Origin: Octopus sinensis
Lineage: Eukaryota
Assembly: GCF_006345805.1 (NCBI RefSeq)
Contig: NC_043003.1
Coordinates: forward strand, 7,998,001-8,062,000
DNA: 64,000 nucleotides
Direction of reading: 5' to 3'
Shown here: positions 1 through 11,724 of the stretch, one piece after another
How the letters are laid out: the number at the start of each line of letters is the position of its first letter
How positions within the stretch are numbered: the stretch's first letter is position 1
The notes under the pieces: generated by a model
Seen by the model: the letters and a program-made list of their open reading frames with translations, nothing else
Database searches by the model: none
Told to the model about the DNA's origin: nothing
Translations under genes and position numbers: made by a program

Positions 1-454
1 AATTATAATTTCTCAGTTAAGAAACGCAAGAAATATTCTAATTCGCATGTAATGAAAAGGATTGAGATAATCGTTATGCATTGGCTCATGAAGACGCCTT
101 GCAAACCTATATTTTTCAATAAGAAAAGCAATCTAGACTCTTCTATGTAAACAGTATTCTCCAAAGCGGATTCATTATTTATGCCAAGAGCGTACATTGA
201 CCAAATATTCAAATATCAACGTTGGATAAAATTTTCAGAATTGAGCGATAATATATTGGTGCAATCGCAGAAACAAGAAAGTTAGTCATGTGACTACATT
301 TAGCTGATATTATAAGAATCCGTTGTGTGCTGTATGTACTGCAGGATGTACAACGGGCGGTTATATAACGGATAACTTCTTAATATCGAATTAAATAACA
401 TCCAACATGGACGTAAAGTGACGTCGTTGTGCGTGATATAGTAGTCTTGTGAGA

Positions 455-1233
455 GGCGGCGAGCTGGCAGAAACGTTAGCACGCCGGGCGAAGTGCGTAG
501 CCGTATTTCGTCTGCCGTTACATTCTGAGTTCAAATTCCACCGAGGTCGACTTTGCCTTTCATCCTCTCGGGGTCGATTAAATAAGTACCAGTTACGCAC
601 TGGGGTCGATATAATCGACTTAATCCTTGTTTGTCCTCTCTGTGTTTAGCCTCTTGTGGGTAGTAAAGAAATAGGTATTTCGTCTGCCGCTACGTTCTGA
701 GTTCAAATTCCGCCGGGGTCGACTTTGCCTTTCATCCTCTCGGGGTCGATTATATAAGTACCAGTTACGCACTGGCGCCGATGTAATCGACTTAATACCT
801 TTGTATGTCCTTGTTTGTCCCCTCCGTGTTTAGCCCCTTGTGGGTAGTAAAGAAATATTTCGTCTGCTGTTACGTTCGGAGTTCAAATTCCGCCGAGGTC
901 GACTTTGCCTTCCATCCTTTCGGAGTCGATAAATTAAATACCAGTTACGAACCGGGGTCGATGTGATCGACTTAATCCCTGTGTCTGCCCTTGTTTGTCC
1001 CCTCTATTTTTAGCCCCTTGTGGGCAATAAAGAAATAAGAAACGTTTGCACCCCGGGCGAAATGCTTAGCGGTATTTCTTGCCTTTATATTCTGAGTTCA
1101 AATTCCACCGAGGTCGACTTTGCCTTTCATCCTTTCGGGGTCGATAAATTAAGTACTAGTTACGTACTGGGTTCGATCTAATCGATGCCCCCCCGCCAAA
1201 AAAAAATTCGGCCTTGTGCCTAGTGTAGAAAAG
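455..1233 (+). mobile_element. tRNA-derived SINE family A, multimeric (4 body units)
   Basis: Head GGCGGCGAGCTGGCAGAAACGTTAGC, B-box GAGTTCAAATTCC and body CTTTGCCTTTCATCCTTTCGGGGTCGATAAATTAAGTACCAG (resembles the Meta-SINE central domain; recalled, not searched) repeated about every 180 bp. Flanked by GATATAGTAGTCT (435-447) and GATATAATAGTCT (1234-1246). Confidence 0.9.
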
Positions 1234-1279
1234 GATATAATAGTCTGCTGAATAATAACGACAATCTGTTATACTGACT

Positions 1280-1466
1280 TAGAATTTCGGTACGAGGTAC
1301 AATTTCTGGCTGATGTGTGTGTAGTGTGTTAAGTTGATTACATCGACCTCAAACGGATGAAAGACAATATCGTTCTTGCGGAATTTGAATTCAGAACGTA
1401 AATACAGACGAAATGCCGCTAAGCACTTTGCCCGGTGTGCCAACGATTCTGCCATCTCTTAGCCTT
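1280..1466 (-). mobile_element. Degenerate SINE family A
   Basis: Reverse complement of the head and B-box (GGAATTTGAATTCAGAACGTAA...GCCGCTAAGCAC...GATTCTGCCA). Confidence 0.75.
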
Positions 1467-2069
1467 CAACAACAGGTTACCATATTGATATTTTTAATTG
1501 CATCTACAACTTACTGTTTATACAACGTATAAGACAAAACCGCTAAGACAAACAACTTTTATCTTTATATACAACAGTACTGTTTATGCATTAGTGAAAT
1601 GAAAACAAATGGGACAATCAATATTTACAATCAAATATAAAATTTAATATTTATACAACGTTTAAATGAAAACAATTCGGACAAAGGAAACTTAACGAAG
1701 AGTGGTTTTGAATACAACTAAGTCTAAACGAATGAACGAGCTTAAAATAAAACCATAACTGTTTAAGTAAAGTAAACAAATCGTATGTGGTTAGGAAGAT
1801 TTCACTGAGCAATGAGAATGATAATGAAATCTCTTAATATGAGATTGCTGCAATCGTTTAAAAAAAATCACTAAGACTATCGTGGAATTCGATGGTTGTG
1901 GTCTCTCAAAAAATGAGAATGAACCAATGAGGCCTGTATGTGGATGTAAACGTCCGAAATAATTAAAGAAGGAAAGAAACAAAATGTTAATAAACTTGAT
2001 TACCAAGCAGTGCAGTGAAGTGTTAGACATATATTAGAGTGTAAGGCAATATCTAACGGTCGTGTTAAG

Positions 2070-2220
2070 ATGGCGGCCAGGCAGAATCGTTACTGCACCG
2101 GAAGAAATGCTTAGTGCCATTGCTTCCGAATTTTATGTTCAGAGTTCAAATGCCGACGTGGTCAACTTTGCTTTTCGCCCTCACTGGTTGGTTAAAATAG
2201 GTACCGGCCAAGTACTGATT
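2070..2220 (+). mobile_element. Degenerate SINE family A
   Basis: GGCGGCCAGGCAGAATCGTTA...AGAGTTCAAATGCC...CTTTGCTTTTC. Confidence 0.7.
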
Positions 2221-2280
2221 TCCATATCACAATTTGAAACTAATATCTAACACTCACATATATAAAAAATAAATAAATGC

Positions 2281-2526
2281 GCCCTTTTTTAAAGCCTAGC
2301 CAGGCTTATGGGCCCGCGTTCCCGGTTTCTATGGCGTATGTTTTCGCCAGCTGGACGGGACGCCAGTCCATCCCAGCGTTACTCATTTTTGCCAGCTAAG
2401 TGGTCTGGAGCAATGTGAAATGAAGTGTTTTGCTCAAGAACACAACGCGTCGCCCGGTCCAGGAATCGAAACCACAATCTTACGATCATGGTACTGACAC
2501 CCTAACCATTATTCCACGCGCCTCCA
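2281..2526 (-). mobile_element. tRNA SINE group C, CORE-like + V-like tail variant
   Basis: Minus strand: tRNA head (GGTTAGGG...GTTTCGATTCC), CORE-like GTTGTGTTCTTGAGCAAAACACTT and V-domain-like GATGGACTGGCGTCCCGTCCAG...GAAACCGGG. Confidence 0.75.
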
Positions 2527-2775
2527 CAACACTCAGATATATACTGTTTAAAAAATACATAGACTCAGGAAAGAGCAAGAGAAATAGCGAAATATATCGC
2601 AGCAAACTGCATTATTGAACGTACGAAGATTTTTAGTAAACAATAAATTCATATAAACTGAAATAGACAAAGTTTTGAACGAAATATTTACTAAAAATGT
2701 AGGGAGCTGAAATACTACAGAAGCCACATCGTAAGAATCGAAAAAGCTACTACAGTATAACAAAAGCACATACAA

Positions 2776-2940
2776 GTAGGCATGGCCACGTGATAAGAAG
2801 CTTGCTTCCTAACTACATGATTCCGGGTTCACTCCCCCTGTGCACAACTTGGACAAGTGTGTTCTGCGATAGCTTCGGGCCGATCAAAGCCTTGTGAGTG
2901 GATATAGTAGACGGAAACGGAAAGAAGCCCTTCGTATGTA
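2776..2940 (+). mobile_element. SINE family B, 5' half
   Basis: Matches the full copy at 29554 up to GTAGACGGAAAC..AAGAAGCC. Confidence 0.8.
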
Positions 2941-2941
2941 T

Positions 2942-3720
2942 ATTGGGGAGAGTGAGGAGGAATGTGTCTCGTATGTGCGGCCGTATCGAATTGGAAAGAC
3001 ACATACAACACTTCATCCACAGCATGCAGTTCTCTGGCTACAATGAAAGGGCCAGGATTAGAGTGGGCAAAGGTACCAGGACTAAGTACAAAGCCGTCAT
3101 AGAGAGTGATGCTAAAGGGATCTGCCCACCGCACTGGAGTAAATCCTAGAACAGCACAGATAAATATGGCCAACTCTTGGTATGACAACAAAAAATGTCA
3201 GAGCGTCATGTTCGTCGATGCTACCCCTGGCGGCGAACTAGCACACCTTTTTAGTTAAACATTAAAAAAAGTTAATCTATGGATTAAAGTAGTAGAGAGG
3301 CCTGAGCCCCTATAAGAACCCTATCCCTTTGATAAGTCCCCCTATACGGACTACAATTGTGTTATATGTAGGATGAACCCATGGGTTAACTGTAAGTTTA
3401 GGAATGTAGTGTATTGCTTACTATGAACTGAGGGACGGTGCAGAAACATGGCAATTACCTACCTTGGAGAGACTGCATGCAGCATAGGAGAACGTATAGG
3501 TGGACATTGGCGAGAGCTCAAAGAAGAGAAAAGCTCGTCAGTGCTCTACCAACATGCTCAGGCAGAACATGGAGGTTCGATCAAATAGCATAGAGGTTAA
3601 AGTATAATCGACGCATAGAAATGACATGTCACTTTGACAGATAACAGAGGCTACACACACACCAGTAGACAGACCGAGCCTCAATAGAAAACACGAATGG
3701 AACAATGATACCCACCACTA
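2942..3720 (+). mobile_element. Decayed Penelope-like retroelement 3' part (RT thumb, Cys linker, GIY-YIG endonuclease)
   Basis: Translations RVRRNVS...HFIHSMQFSGY, SVMFVDATPGGELA, IKVVERP and CVICRMNPWVNCKFRNVVYCLL*TEGRC...YLGETACSIGERIGGH...VLYQHAQAEH give the NVVY...YxGET...R...H GIY-YIG pattern. Contains stops and frameshifts. Confidence 0.85.
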
Positions 3721-4094
3721 CACCACATGACTAAAGTCAGAAGGGAGGATAAGAGAGAGGAAAAATTGTAAATAATACACAGATACATACAGAGTAACAT
3801 ACACATACACAAGGCATATATGTATTTACCTGTGATACGTATAAGATATAGCGATAGATAAATAACAATAAAATACATGAATAAATGAATTTATAAATAG
3901 ATAAATAAATAAATATATTTGTCACGTACCTGTGATAATTATAAGAAATAGAGATAGATATAGTAAATAAATGAATGAATGTATTCATATAAAGGGCATG
4001 GATACAAACAACATACGAAGCTAACTCATACACACACACAAACACACGCAATATCATCAACACGAATAACAACAGCAAAAGCGGCGGTGACAAT

Positions 4095-4230
<136 letters not shown>

Positions 4231-4394
4231 TGCCAAATAAACACACACACACTATATATTTGTTCTCCACTCGGTTTATATGTATATGTGTGTGTGTGTG
4301 TATTTAAGTGCACAGCGCATCCATAAATAACCTTTATAATTTGAAGCGTGGAAGTGTGAAAGTTATAAAGATAATTTACGGACAAGCTGTATAT

Positions 4395-4547
4395 TCGACC
4401 GGTTTCCATACATTTTCTGTCTCACAAATACACTAGCACGTCATTGGTCAGCCAAGGGCTATAATAGAAGACATTTCTGCCGAAGTACCGCACCCTGAGA
4501 AACCACGCGGCTGCAAGTTAAGCTTCGTAACCACACAGCCATTCCTG
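4395..4547 (-). mobile_element. Degenerate SINE family B, 5' part
   Basis: GGCTATAATAGAAGACA...AACCACACAGCCATTCCTG is the reverse complement of the B head. Confidence 0.65.
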
Positions 4548-4596
4548 TCAGCGTTGTATAAATCTTTTACATCCATACTATAAAACTGGAATGATG

Positions 4597-4890
4597 TCGT
4601 TTACGACAGCGAGGGTTCCAGCTGATCCGATCAATGGAAGATCCTGCTGGCGAAATTAACGTGCAAGTGGCTGAGCACTCCATAGACACGCGTACCCTTA
4701 ATATATTTTACAGGGAAATTATGTGACACAGAATGTAACACAGCTAGGCCCTTGAATTAAAACACATTTTTGGCTGATGAGTGGGCTGGAACAACGTGAA
4801 ATATGGTGTCATGTTTATGGACACAAGATGCTGCGGTTATCGAACTCTCGACCTTACGATTAGGAGCCATAACCACGAAGCCACACACAT
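4597..4890 (-). mobile_element. SINE group C, CORE-like + X-tail variant
   Basis: X tail GAGGGTTCCAGCTGATCCGATCAA...GTGGCTGAGCACTCC is shared with 30271 and 42620; followed by a CORE-like segment and a degenerate tRNA head. Confidence 0.7.
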
Positions 4891-5160
4891 TCACATAGAA
4901 CAGACTGGTTACACATCTGTTTAACAATATATGTCCAGAGGGACAAATAGAGAACCAGAATGAAATGTATTGATGTAAAGAACAGCTGCTGGTGAGAATA
5001 GAATGAGGAATTGAAACCTTGCCATAGTTTGTATTGACATATTGATTACCGAAAGGCATTTGATAGCATTCCGCATTGTTGGATATTAGAAATATATAAA
5101 GGAAGTAGCTCAAACGTTAACGAAAACCATCAGTCATGCTAAAGAAAGGGGGATAAACAA

Positions 5161-5766
5161 GGCTGCGAGCTGGTAGAATCGTTAGCACGCCGGGCGAAAT
5201 GCTTAGCGGTACCTCGTCTGCCGTTACGTTCGGAGATCAAATTCCGCCGAGGTCGACTTTGCCTTTCATCCTTTCGGGGTCGATAAATTAAGTACCAGTT
5301 GCGCACTGGGGTTGATGTAATCGACTTGATCCGTTTGTCTGTCCTTGTTTGTCCCCTCTGTGTTTAGCCCCTTGTGGGTAGTAAAGAAATAGGTATTTCG
5401 TCTGCCGCTACGTTCTGAGTTCAAATTCCGCCGAGGTCGACTTTGCTTTTTATCCTTTCGGGGTCGATTAAATAAGTACCAGTTACGCACTGGTGTCGAT
5501 ATAATCGACTTAATCCGTTTGTCTGCCCTTGTTTGTCCTCTCTGTGTTTAGCCCCTTGTGGGTAGTAAAGAAATAGGTATTTCATCTGCTGTTACGTTCT
5601 GAGTTCAAATTCCGCCGAGGTCGACTTTGCCTTTCATCCTTTTGGGGTCGATAAATTAAGTACCAATTACGCACTGGAGTCGATGTAATCGACTTAAACC
5701 CTTTGTCTGTCCTTGTTTGTCCCCTCTATGTTTAGCACCTTGTGGTCAATAAAGAAATAAGAAATA
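5161..5766 (+). mobile_element. SINE family A trimer (184-bp body unit x3)
   Basis: Units start at 5208, 5392 and 5576; one head; GAAAG..GGATAAACAA on both flanks. Confidence 0.92.
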
Positions 5767-5789
5767 AGGAAAGATGGATAAACAAACCA

Positions 5790-6150
5790 TGGTTAGAAAG
5801 CAAAGGGCAGAGAATAAGGACCAGCCTTATTCTTGTTAAAAGAGGAATCTGCCAGTGGGAATCATTATCTCCCTTAGTTTCTTGTTTAGATCTCATTCCA
5901 TTAACACTTTTAACGAATCCACTATGCCATGGAGAAAATTTAATCCACTCCTCCAGAATGAATGATTTGGAGATATTTTGAAGGGATAGTAAGGAGTTTG
6001 GGAGCCAAATATATTCTTGGAGTTGAGGAGCAGGCAAATATGCAACGCTAAGATTAGAAACAAGATAATTAGAACTAAGGATATTACTTTGTAATTTATG
6101 GCATAAGACCAACGGTTTGGGGGGATGGAAAGACATGAACCGGAAGAAAT
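5790..6150 (+). mobile_element. Decayed non-LTR RT fragment (R4/Dong-like)
   Basis: ILVKRGICQWESLSPLVSCLDLIPL resembles the IxRGIFQGDSLSPLLFxxxLxPL motif; RMNDL resembles YMDDL. Confidence 0.65.
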
Positions 6151-6316
6151 ATTGTGAACCAGAAGAAATGATATTATGGTCGATATATTAAAAATTTTTA
6201 CTTAAACTATGTAAAGTGTGTGTATTTTTCCTCTTTAGTTTCTTATATATATTACAACTCACAACGTGGAGATAATCGAAATTCCTCCTTTTCTATTACT
6301 ACTTGTATGATGGCCG

Positions 6317-6377
6317 GATAACTGAAGAGATGGCGGCGTGGGTTTCCGCCCCGACATCCAAAACTCGGGGTTTTATC
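6317..6377 (+). ncRNA. Type I hammerhead ribozyme motif, core-mutated copy
   Basis: GATAA-CTGAAGA-GATG...CATC-C-AAAAC-TCGGG-GTT-TTATC; G12 of GAAA is replaced by A. Confidence 0.55.
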
Positions 6378-6699
6378 ATGGCTACCCAATAATTGTCACA
6401 TATTACATTTACAGATTAATTCCTCTATTTACATAATATCCAGGTCTCTTTCATTCTTTTGTTGTCTTACCATTTTTACCAATAAGCTACCTCCCGTACA
6501 CCGCTATTTTTCCCTAAGGGCTAATACAGCTTATTTTGGAAAATCGCCAGACATCGGTTAAGGACTCTACTCCGCAGAAGAATTCAATATGGACGCCTAC
6601 TACATCGATTATTCTATGAAAAACATACCTATAACATCAAGGCAACTATACTCTAAGTACCTTTTGGAGAAATTTACATAGGCATTTCTTCAATGGCCA

Positions 6700-6760
6700 G
6701 ATACCTGAAGAGATGGCGGCGTGGATTTCCGCCCCGACATCCGAAACTCGGAGTTTTATC
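6700..6760 (+). ncRNA. Type I hammerhead ribozyme motif
   Basis: GATAC-CTGAAGA-GATG(GCGG...CCGC)CATC-C-GAAAC-TCGGA-GTT-TTATC; core intact, predicted GUU cleavage site, first stem I pair mismatched. Confidence 0.65.
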
Positions 6761-7220
6761 ATGGCTGCCGAATAATTGTCACATATTACATTTACAGATA
6801 TATATATGTATATATATAGTGAAAGAGAGAGAAATAGAGATAGATGGGTAAACAAAGTGCGTGTGTGAGTGTGTACTGTTTTTTTTACTGTGTTTGTCCC
6901 CACAACTGCTCCAAACCAGTATTGGTTTGTTTCTGTCCCTATAATATTTGATAAAAGAGGCTGATAAATCAAGATAAAAAGTGTAAGTGATGGAATGAAA
7001 TCGTGCGACACATACATTTATCTCCAAATATAATGCAATCTTTGTATTGTCCTTTTGCATGCTCTGATGATTTTCCACCTGGGGTATTTTGAAATGCAAG
7101 ATTACATATTTATATATGTTTTGTAGTTTAAATTGGATGCGAAACGAAACATTTGTAGGCGATTATGTTAATTAATTAATAAATTAATTTGTATCCATTA
7201 GATCTCTCCGTTTTCAGACT

Positions 7221-7290
<70 letters not shown>
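7221..7290. repeat. (GAT)n(AAT)n microsatellite
   Basis: Seen directly. Confidence 0.97.
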
Positions 7291-7294
<4 letters not shown>

Positions 7295-7810
7295 GCCCTG
7301 ATGCAGTACCAGGCAATGGCTCTCATGGCTTCTGATCTTAACTGATTGGAAGTGTTATCATGTACATTGTTTTGTCTTGGTATAAAAGATGGGCTACAGC
7401 AAATATTCTGCTCAATACCTCAGATTTGCTTGTCTGTTGTTTGACCTTAACCCTTAGTGGCTGACAAGAAGTAGTGGGGGACCATCTTAGCCATGTGTTG
7501 AGAGGGATTCTTTGGGGTTTGAATAATTCACCTCTGGAAACATGGGTGTTTCGTTCAACATCCTTAAACAACCCTTATTCAGGGACCTTTTGAGCGGGAT
7601 GGGTTACACGACCAGAAGAAAATTCTAACTGGGCCCCACCTGCAAGGTCATGTGCTGTTTATCTTGACATTAGATCACCATTTCGCGCACCGATGGTCGT
7701 GATGCATGTGCCCGGTGTACCCTTATCAGACGGGTAGTCATGATGGGTATACTGGGCTTCGTAAATTTTACCCCAGTGTCACTTTGATGGCATGCACTGC
7801 TCTCTCACTC
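7291..7810 (+). mobile_element. Dispersed ~520-bp non-coding element embedded in (GAT/AAT)n
   Basis: A second copy at 62343-62690 has the same start AAATGCCCTGATGCAGTACCAG; both are flanked by triplet microsatellites. Strand is arbitrary. Confidence 0.8.
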
Positions 7811-7857
7811 AATAATAATAATAATAATAAATAATAATAATAATAATAATAATAATG

Positions 7858-7905
<48 letters not shown>
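7811..7905. repeat. (AAT)n microsatellite
   Basis: Seen directly. Confidence 0.97.
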
Positions 7906-7909
<4 letters not shown>

Positions 7910-8206
7910 ATGCATATATACATATATACGTGTATGTTTGTATGTACACACATAAACACATGCCGTGTAACCGTGCTGTATTACATGCTTTAAATTATAC
8001 ATGCATACATACATATATACATCCACACACACATACACACATATATATGGACCTTTCGGGCCAATAAAAGAAAACCACGAAGTTTTGTTGTTAATATGAA
8101 ATCATATTTCCACTTCATATTTCGGTTAATATGCAAGAAATGATATACAAGAAAAATGCGGTAAAGTGAGACAAGGAAAAAGATACTGACTGAGAGAGAG
8201 AGAGAG

Positions 8207-8253
<47 letters not shown>

Positions 8254-9079
8254 AGATGTAGAGAAAGGAGAATAGATGTATGAGTGAGAATGATGTTAAG
8301 TGTGAGTTATATAGACAGATTGATGCCAAATAGTTTTGCTCTACAACATAATTGCTATCTAAAAGAATTTTTTGAATTTTCTGAAGTTATTTACAAATTT
8401 TTTCTTAATATTCAATCCATGTAAATTATCCAAATACAACGAAAGAAACAAAAACAAAAAAAAAACAAGGGAATTTAACGTACGGGTTGTGTTTGTAAGC
8501 TTACAAAATATACAGATATGTCTTCTAGAACGGGATTACACTCTCCCGATATCTGAATCAATTTGCGATTTTTCTGGATACTTATGTACAACAGATAAAT
8601 ATATATTCTTGTTTATAGCCGCTTCTCAAAACGCACAACTACGCATTAACTGTCAAGCACACGATATTGGGAAGAAACTCCGATAATATTGCCAGCACTG
8701 CATTACAAATGAAGACATTTACATCAGAATATGTCAGTTCTAATACGTAATAAATAAAAATAAGAATAGGGTGAGATTATAAATAACATAGTGATCACAC
8801 AAACACGCATATACCACGCATAGAGATGTTATACAGAATATATGATAAATTTGCCAAAATTGTATGTAAAACTGTTACAATGTGTGTTATTAATATCATC
8901 CATTTAAACATCTTCAAAGATATTAAAATCAAAATAAAACCCTCGTTTAATGTAGAAGATAGAGTAAAGAAAATCTGATGAAGTAGGAAAGTGATATTTT
9001 TTATAATGGCTTTATTTCTGTCCTTCATTTTTTTTTCATATCGTGATGTGTTATTTCATTCGCTTCTAAATGTATGGAA

Positions 9080-9250
9080 TATCGTTATACATATATACAT
9101 ACATACTTGCTTACATATATACATCTCAGCAACACGCTCTTGAATACAAGCAAACATTCACACATATGTATGCATATATATATATATGCATACATGTATT
9201 TATATATGCATACATACATACATATATACATATATATATATATGTGTGTG

Positions 9251-9282
<32 letters not shown>

Positions 9283-9322
9283 GTGTGTGTGCGTGTGTGT
9301 GTGTGCATACATACATACATAC

Positions 9323-9360
<38 letters not shown>

Positions 9361-9940
9361 TATAAGTATGTATATATATACATTAAATATATATGCATTA
9401 TATATATATGTGTATGTATATAAGCACATACAGACATACATGCATACATACACACAGATAGATAGAGACATACATAGATAAATGGATAGATAAACAGACA
9501 GACAGATAGATTGATAGATAGATCGATAGAAAGATAGAGAGAGAGAGTGAGAGAAAGAGAGAATGAGAGAAAGAGAGAGAGTATACAGATACGGAACAAC
9601 ATATATGCTGATAGCCAAAAATTTTGAGAGAATAGTTGTGTATATTATTGTATGCATGTATGTATATGTCTGTAAGTGTATGTGTATATTTGGGTGCATG
9701 CACTTAAGCGTGTATATGTATCTTGTCTATATATTTGTTTTCAATTCCTTTACTCCTTCAACATCTCACTCTTCAACAGTCACGTGGATATTTTCAATAA
9801 AATATACATAAGAGGAAGAAGCCATAAATATTTAATACTAAGTAAACATATTTCCCCGTTTCCTTTTATCCAAAAAGATAGAAAACCTCATAAACAACAC
9901 AGATGCATAGATATAGGTAGATGGTTTAGATAAATAGATC

Positions 9941-10021
<81 letters not shown>

Positions 10022-10052
10022 GTAGGTAGGTAGGTAGATAGGTAGGACTGAA

Positions 10053-10087
<35 letters not shown>

Positions 10088-10090
10088 TAT

Positions 10091-10142
<52 letters not shown>

Positions 10143-10430
10143 CATATATATGTATATGTATACATATATATATAGATAAATAGATAGATACTTAGACAGA
10201 TAGGTAGGTAGGACTGAAATATATATATATATATAGACATATATACATATATAAATAGATACATAAATAGATAGATAGATTGACAGACAGACAGATAGAT
10301 ATACAGACAGACAGGCAGGCAGACAGAGAAAGAGGTAGACAGACAGATAGATGGATGGATAGATAGATATGTAGACTGACATACAGATAGACAGACAGGT
10401 AGGTAGATAGATAGATAGATAGATAGATAT

Positions 10431-10487
<57 letters not shown>

Positions 10488-10520
10488 GATATAGATAGAT
10501 AGAGATATAGATAGATAGAG

Positions 10521-10568
<48 letters not shown>

Positions 10569-10873
10569 GGAGGGAGAGATAGAGAGAGATAGAGAGATAT
10601 ATAGATAGATAAGTTGATAGACAGATAAGATAGATAGATAGATAGTTAGATAGATAGATAAGTTTCTTTATTGGCCACACAGGGCTGCACACAGATGGGA
10701 CAAGTTACAAGGTAGAGCTTTTCTTTTGGGGGATGAAAAAAACAAAAAAACAAAAGAAACAAAAAAAAGGGGTGGCGTAGGTTTTCGATCAAGAGGGATC
10801 GTAAAAGGGAAGAAAAGAACAAAAAAAATTACATAAATAGATAGATAGATAGATAGATAGGTAGGTAGGTAGG

Positions 10874-10938
<65 letters not shown>

Positions 10939-10951
10939 GGATAGATAGATG

Positions 10952-11026
<75 letters not shown>

Positions 11027-11039
11027 GGATGGATAGATT

Positions 11040-11114
<75 letters not shown>

Positions 11115-11115
11115 G
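9080..11115. repeat. Compound microsatellite field (TA, CA/TG, GA, GATA, GGTA)
   Basis: Long (GATA)n tracts at about 9935-10020, 10400-10660 and 10838-11114 plus TA/CA mixtures; source of the spurious YLSI-repeat ORFs. Confidence 0.95.
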
Positions 11116-11464
11116 TTTACTCACATATGTTTGGAAGAGTTTTGTCTTGAGACGTTTGAAAGTGTGAAGGAAATCTGAACCAAACATTTTGTGTGTCAAA
11201 TGCACACAATTCAAACAATTGCGGTTAGGAAACCACACATCGGATGTGAAATGACGTAAGTGCCATCTAGGAGGAAATATAAGGTAAGGGGAGAGAAGAA
11301 TAGGTGAAGAGAGGCGTACAGAGTGTATCTATAATGCATACATACATTCATACATTAATGCTACTACACGTACATACACATACGCATATACATACATATC
11401 TATGCATATATTAAATATGTGTGTGTATATGTGTGTGTGTGTGTTTGCGTGTGTTTTTGTGTGT

Positions 11465-11501
<37 letters not shown>

Positions 11502-11514
11502 AAATTTCATTTAG

Positions 11515-11722
11515 AGAAGTATTATTAGCAGGATTGTAAGAGCGCCGGGCAAAATGCTTGGCCGAATTTCGTTCGTCTTTACGTTCTGAGCCCAAATTCC
11601 TCAGAGGATGACTTAGCCTTACATCCTTTCGAGTTCGATAAATTAAATACTAGTGAAACACTGGGGTCGACGTAACTGATTAGCCCCCCCAAATTTTAAG
11701 CCTTGTTCCTATAGCAGAAAAT
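11515..11722 (+). mobile_element. Degenerate SINE family A
   Basis: GCGCCGGGCAAAATGCTT...CATCCTTTCGAGTTCGATAAATTAA...CTGGGGTCGA. Confidence 0.75.
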
Positions 11723-11724
11723 GT

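Larger units (their letters stand above)
6310..6799 (+). mobile_element. Internally deleted Penelope-like mini-element with two 107-bp direct repeats (pseudo-LTRs)
   Basis: Direct repeats 6310-6416 and 6693-6799 each hold an HHR motif. Between them, ORF 6589-6681 MDAYYIDYSMKNIPITSRQLYSKYLLEKFT resembles the YSxKNIP N-terminus of Penelope-like ORFs. Confidence 0.75.

Noticed and set aside
3-212. 69-aa ORF at the window start
   Set aside because: Non-ATG start, no recognisable domain and no splice context.
455-1233. Regularly spaced repeats resembling a CRISPR array or satellite
   Set aside because: The units are ~180-bp SINE bodies without unique spacers; eukaryotic context and no cas genes.
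9070-11238. Long ORFs (up to 204 aa) rich in YI/YLSI/HT/CV, also at 25.4, 36.1, 46.5-48, 54.3-54.9 kb
   Set aside because: They are translations of stop-free microsatellites with no protein-like complexity.
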